A DNA stretch of 64,000 nucleotides from Vermamoeba vermiformis (Eukaryota), in NCBI GenBank assembly GCA_045837725.1, contig JBEWZL010000003.1, positions 434,001-498,000 on the forward strand, written 5' to 3'. The notes beneath the pieces were generated by a model that saw only the letters and a list, made by a program, of their open reading frames with translations, was not told the DNA's origin and did no database searches. Positions 62,988 to 64,000 of the stretch are shown one piece after another (the first letter of the stretch is position 1; each line of letters begins with the position of its first letter). The translations under genes were made by a program, and so were the position numbers.

Positions 62988-64000
62988 TTATTTGCGACGG
63001 TACTGCGTGTCGCCGTCTTTCTTCGGGTTATTATTGTTGTCAGGGTGCGTCGTCTTTTGTCGCTTGTAATTCGGCTGTTGCTCGTTGTTCCTCTGACCTT
63101 CATTACCCCTGTGATAGTTGCCTCGATTGTTGTTTTGCCCATTGTTTCTCTGTTGACCTCGGGGCGGTGGAGTCTGCACTGTGTATTGTACAGGCTGTGG
63201 CTGCTGTGAATAGTTCGCATAGCCGTAGTTCTGGCCGTAAAACATTGGTTGCGCGTTAAACTGTGGTGGGAAGTTCGGATTAAAATAGGCATTTTGAGCA
63301 CCATATTGTGGATTTAATACAGGTGGCAGTGAATAGTTCTGCGACGGCTCGTACTGAATTTGTTGTTGCGGGAGCTGTTCAAGTTGCGCTTGTTCACCAG
63401 CGTTGCTAGTCTGTCCGTACCGCTGAGAATTATTCCGTTGATTGTTGTCGTAATTGCTGTTGTACTGCTGACGTCTATTGTTATAATAATCAGATCTGCC
63501 GCCTCTGTCCTGTTGGTCTCGTCGCTCATATCTATTGTTGTTACTATAGTCAGTTCTGACACTTCTGTCTTGCTGCTCTCGGCGTTCGTGTCGTGTGGTG
63601 TTTGAAGGGGGCTTGTACGTGGCCAAGTACTTGACAGGACTGGGCTCAAAGACGTCTTCATTCGACCAGTCAACCAAGAACACATTCGTCAGTTCAGGCG
63701 AGTCCACGTGATACACAATTGCCACAAAATACACGCTGGTGTCTCGCTCTACCTCCGCAATGTGTTTTCGTACTTTGAGCTGGTTGTCGCTGATTTCAAT
63801 TTGTCCGTTCCAGTCCTTTGCAAAGCCTTTGACTTCAAAGTAACATTTCTTCGCTTTTTTGTTTTGTGAGCGGTCTTGCGTGAATAATTGCAGCGTGTCA
63901 ATTAACACAAAATCATAGCCCGCCTTCTCGTTGATGTTGCTCGTGCTGTTCGGATACACCGCAGTGCGTGAGCCAGACACCCAGCTGACGTACGGATTGA
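62988..64000 (-). CDS. 3' part of a protein with a DUF3883/NOV_C-like PD-(D/E)XK domain and an N/Q/Y-rich tail; start outside the window
   Basis: Open frame to the window edge: W.S...GYDF...YFEVKG...IEISDNQL...YFVAIVYHV. Confidence 0.65.
   Translation of the reverse strand, partial: NPYVSWVSGSRTAVYPNSTSNINEKAGYDFVLIDTLQLFTQDRSQNKKAKKCYFEVKGFAKDWNGQIEISDNQLKVRKHIAEVERDTSVYFVAIVYHVDSPELTNVFLVDWSNEDVFEPSPVKYLATYKPPSNTTRHERREQQDRSVRTDYSNNNRYERRDQQDRGGRSDYYNNRRQQYNSNYDNNQRNNSQRYGQTSNAGEQAQLEQLPQQQIQYEPSQNYSLPPVLNPQYGAQNAYFNPNFPPQFNAQPMFYGQNYGYANYSQQPQPVQYTVQTPPPRGQQRNNGQNNNRGNYHRGNEGQRNNEQQPNYKRQKTTHPDNNNNPKKDGDTQYRRK

Overview
Gene-dense eukaryotic nuclear DNA with about 24 intron-containing genes, short introns (mostly 45-190 nt) and many head-to-head gene pairs. 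It is most consistent with a free-living protist, probably an amoebozoan; this is an inference from CYP51, NELF-B, Ric-8, several RasGEFs and a U12 intron. Genes in order: eIF2A (5'-truncated), aspartate aminotransferase ending in SKL, SMC1, WDR20-like, Ric-8, USP4/15-like, CYP51, KGD4/MRPS36, PUS7, beta-COP, a DAZ/BOULE-like RRM protein, LSM8, NELF-B, SPX-EXS (XPR1/SYG1), a RasGEF-RGS fusion, an AT-hook protein, an MTG1/RbgA GTPase, TFIP11, a P-loop kinase, an acidic low-complexity protein, a C2-AGC kinase, a calmodulin/myosin light chain, DIS3L2, CDCA7-like, a tandem RasGEF, and a DUF3883-like protein (5'-truncated). The most unusual signals are five. (1) Highly iterated dyad motifs (TGACACGTGTCA, TCACGTGA, CTAAAAATAG) are clustered inside exons and introns. 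(2) A ~1.7 kb foreign-looking island at 11.7-13.4 kb holds palindromic tandem repeats, an orphan ORF and an inverted-repeat-flanked 18S rRNA 5' fragment, and is CpG-poor. (3) The tandem RasGEF appears fused to an archaeal-type DUF3782/PD-(D/E)XK module. (4) The NELF-B first intron appears non-canonical (AT-AC with a U2-like donor). (5) A BOULE-like RRM occurs outside animals. All family calls come from motif recognition by eye; no searches were run.
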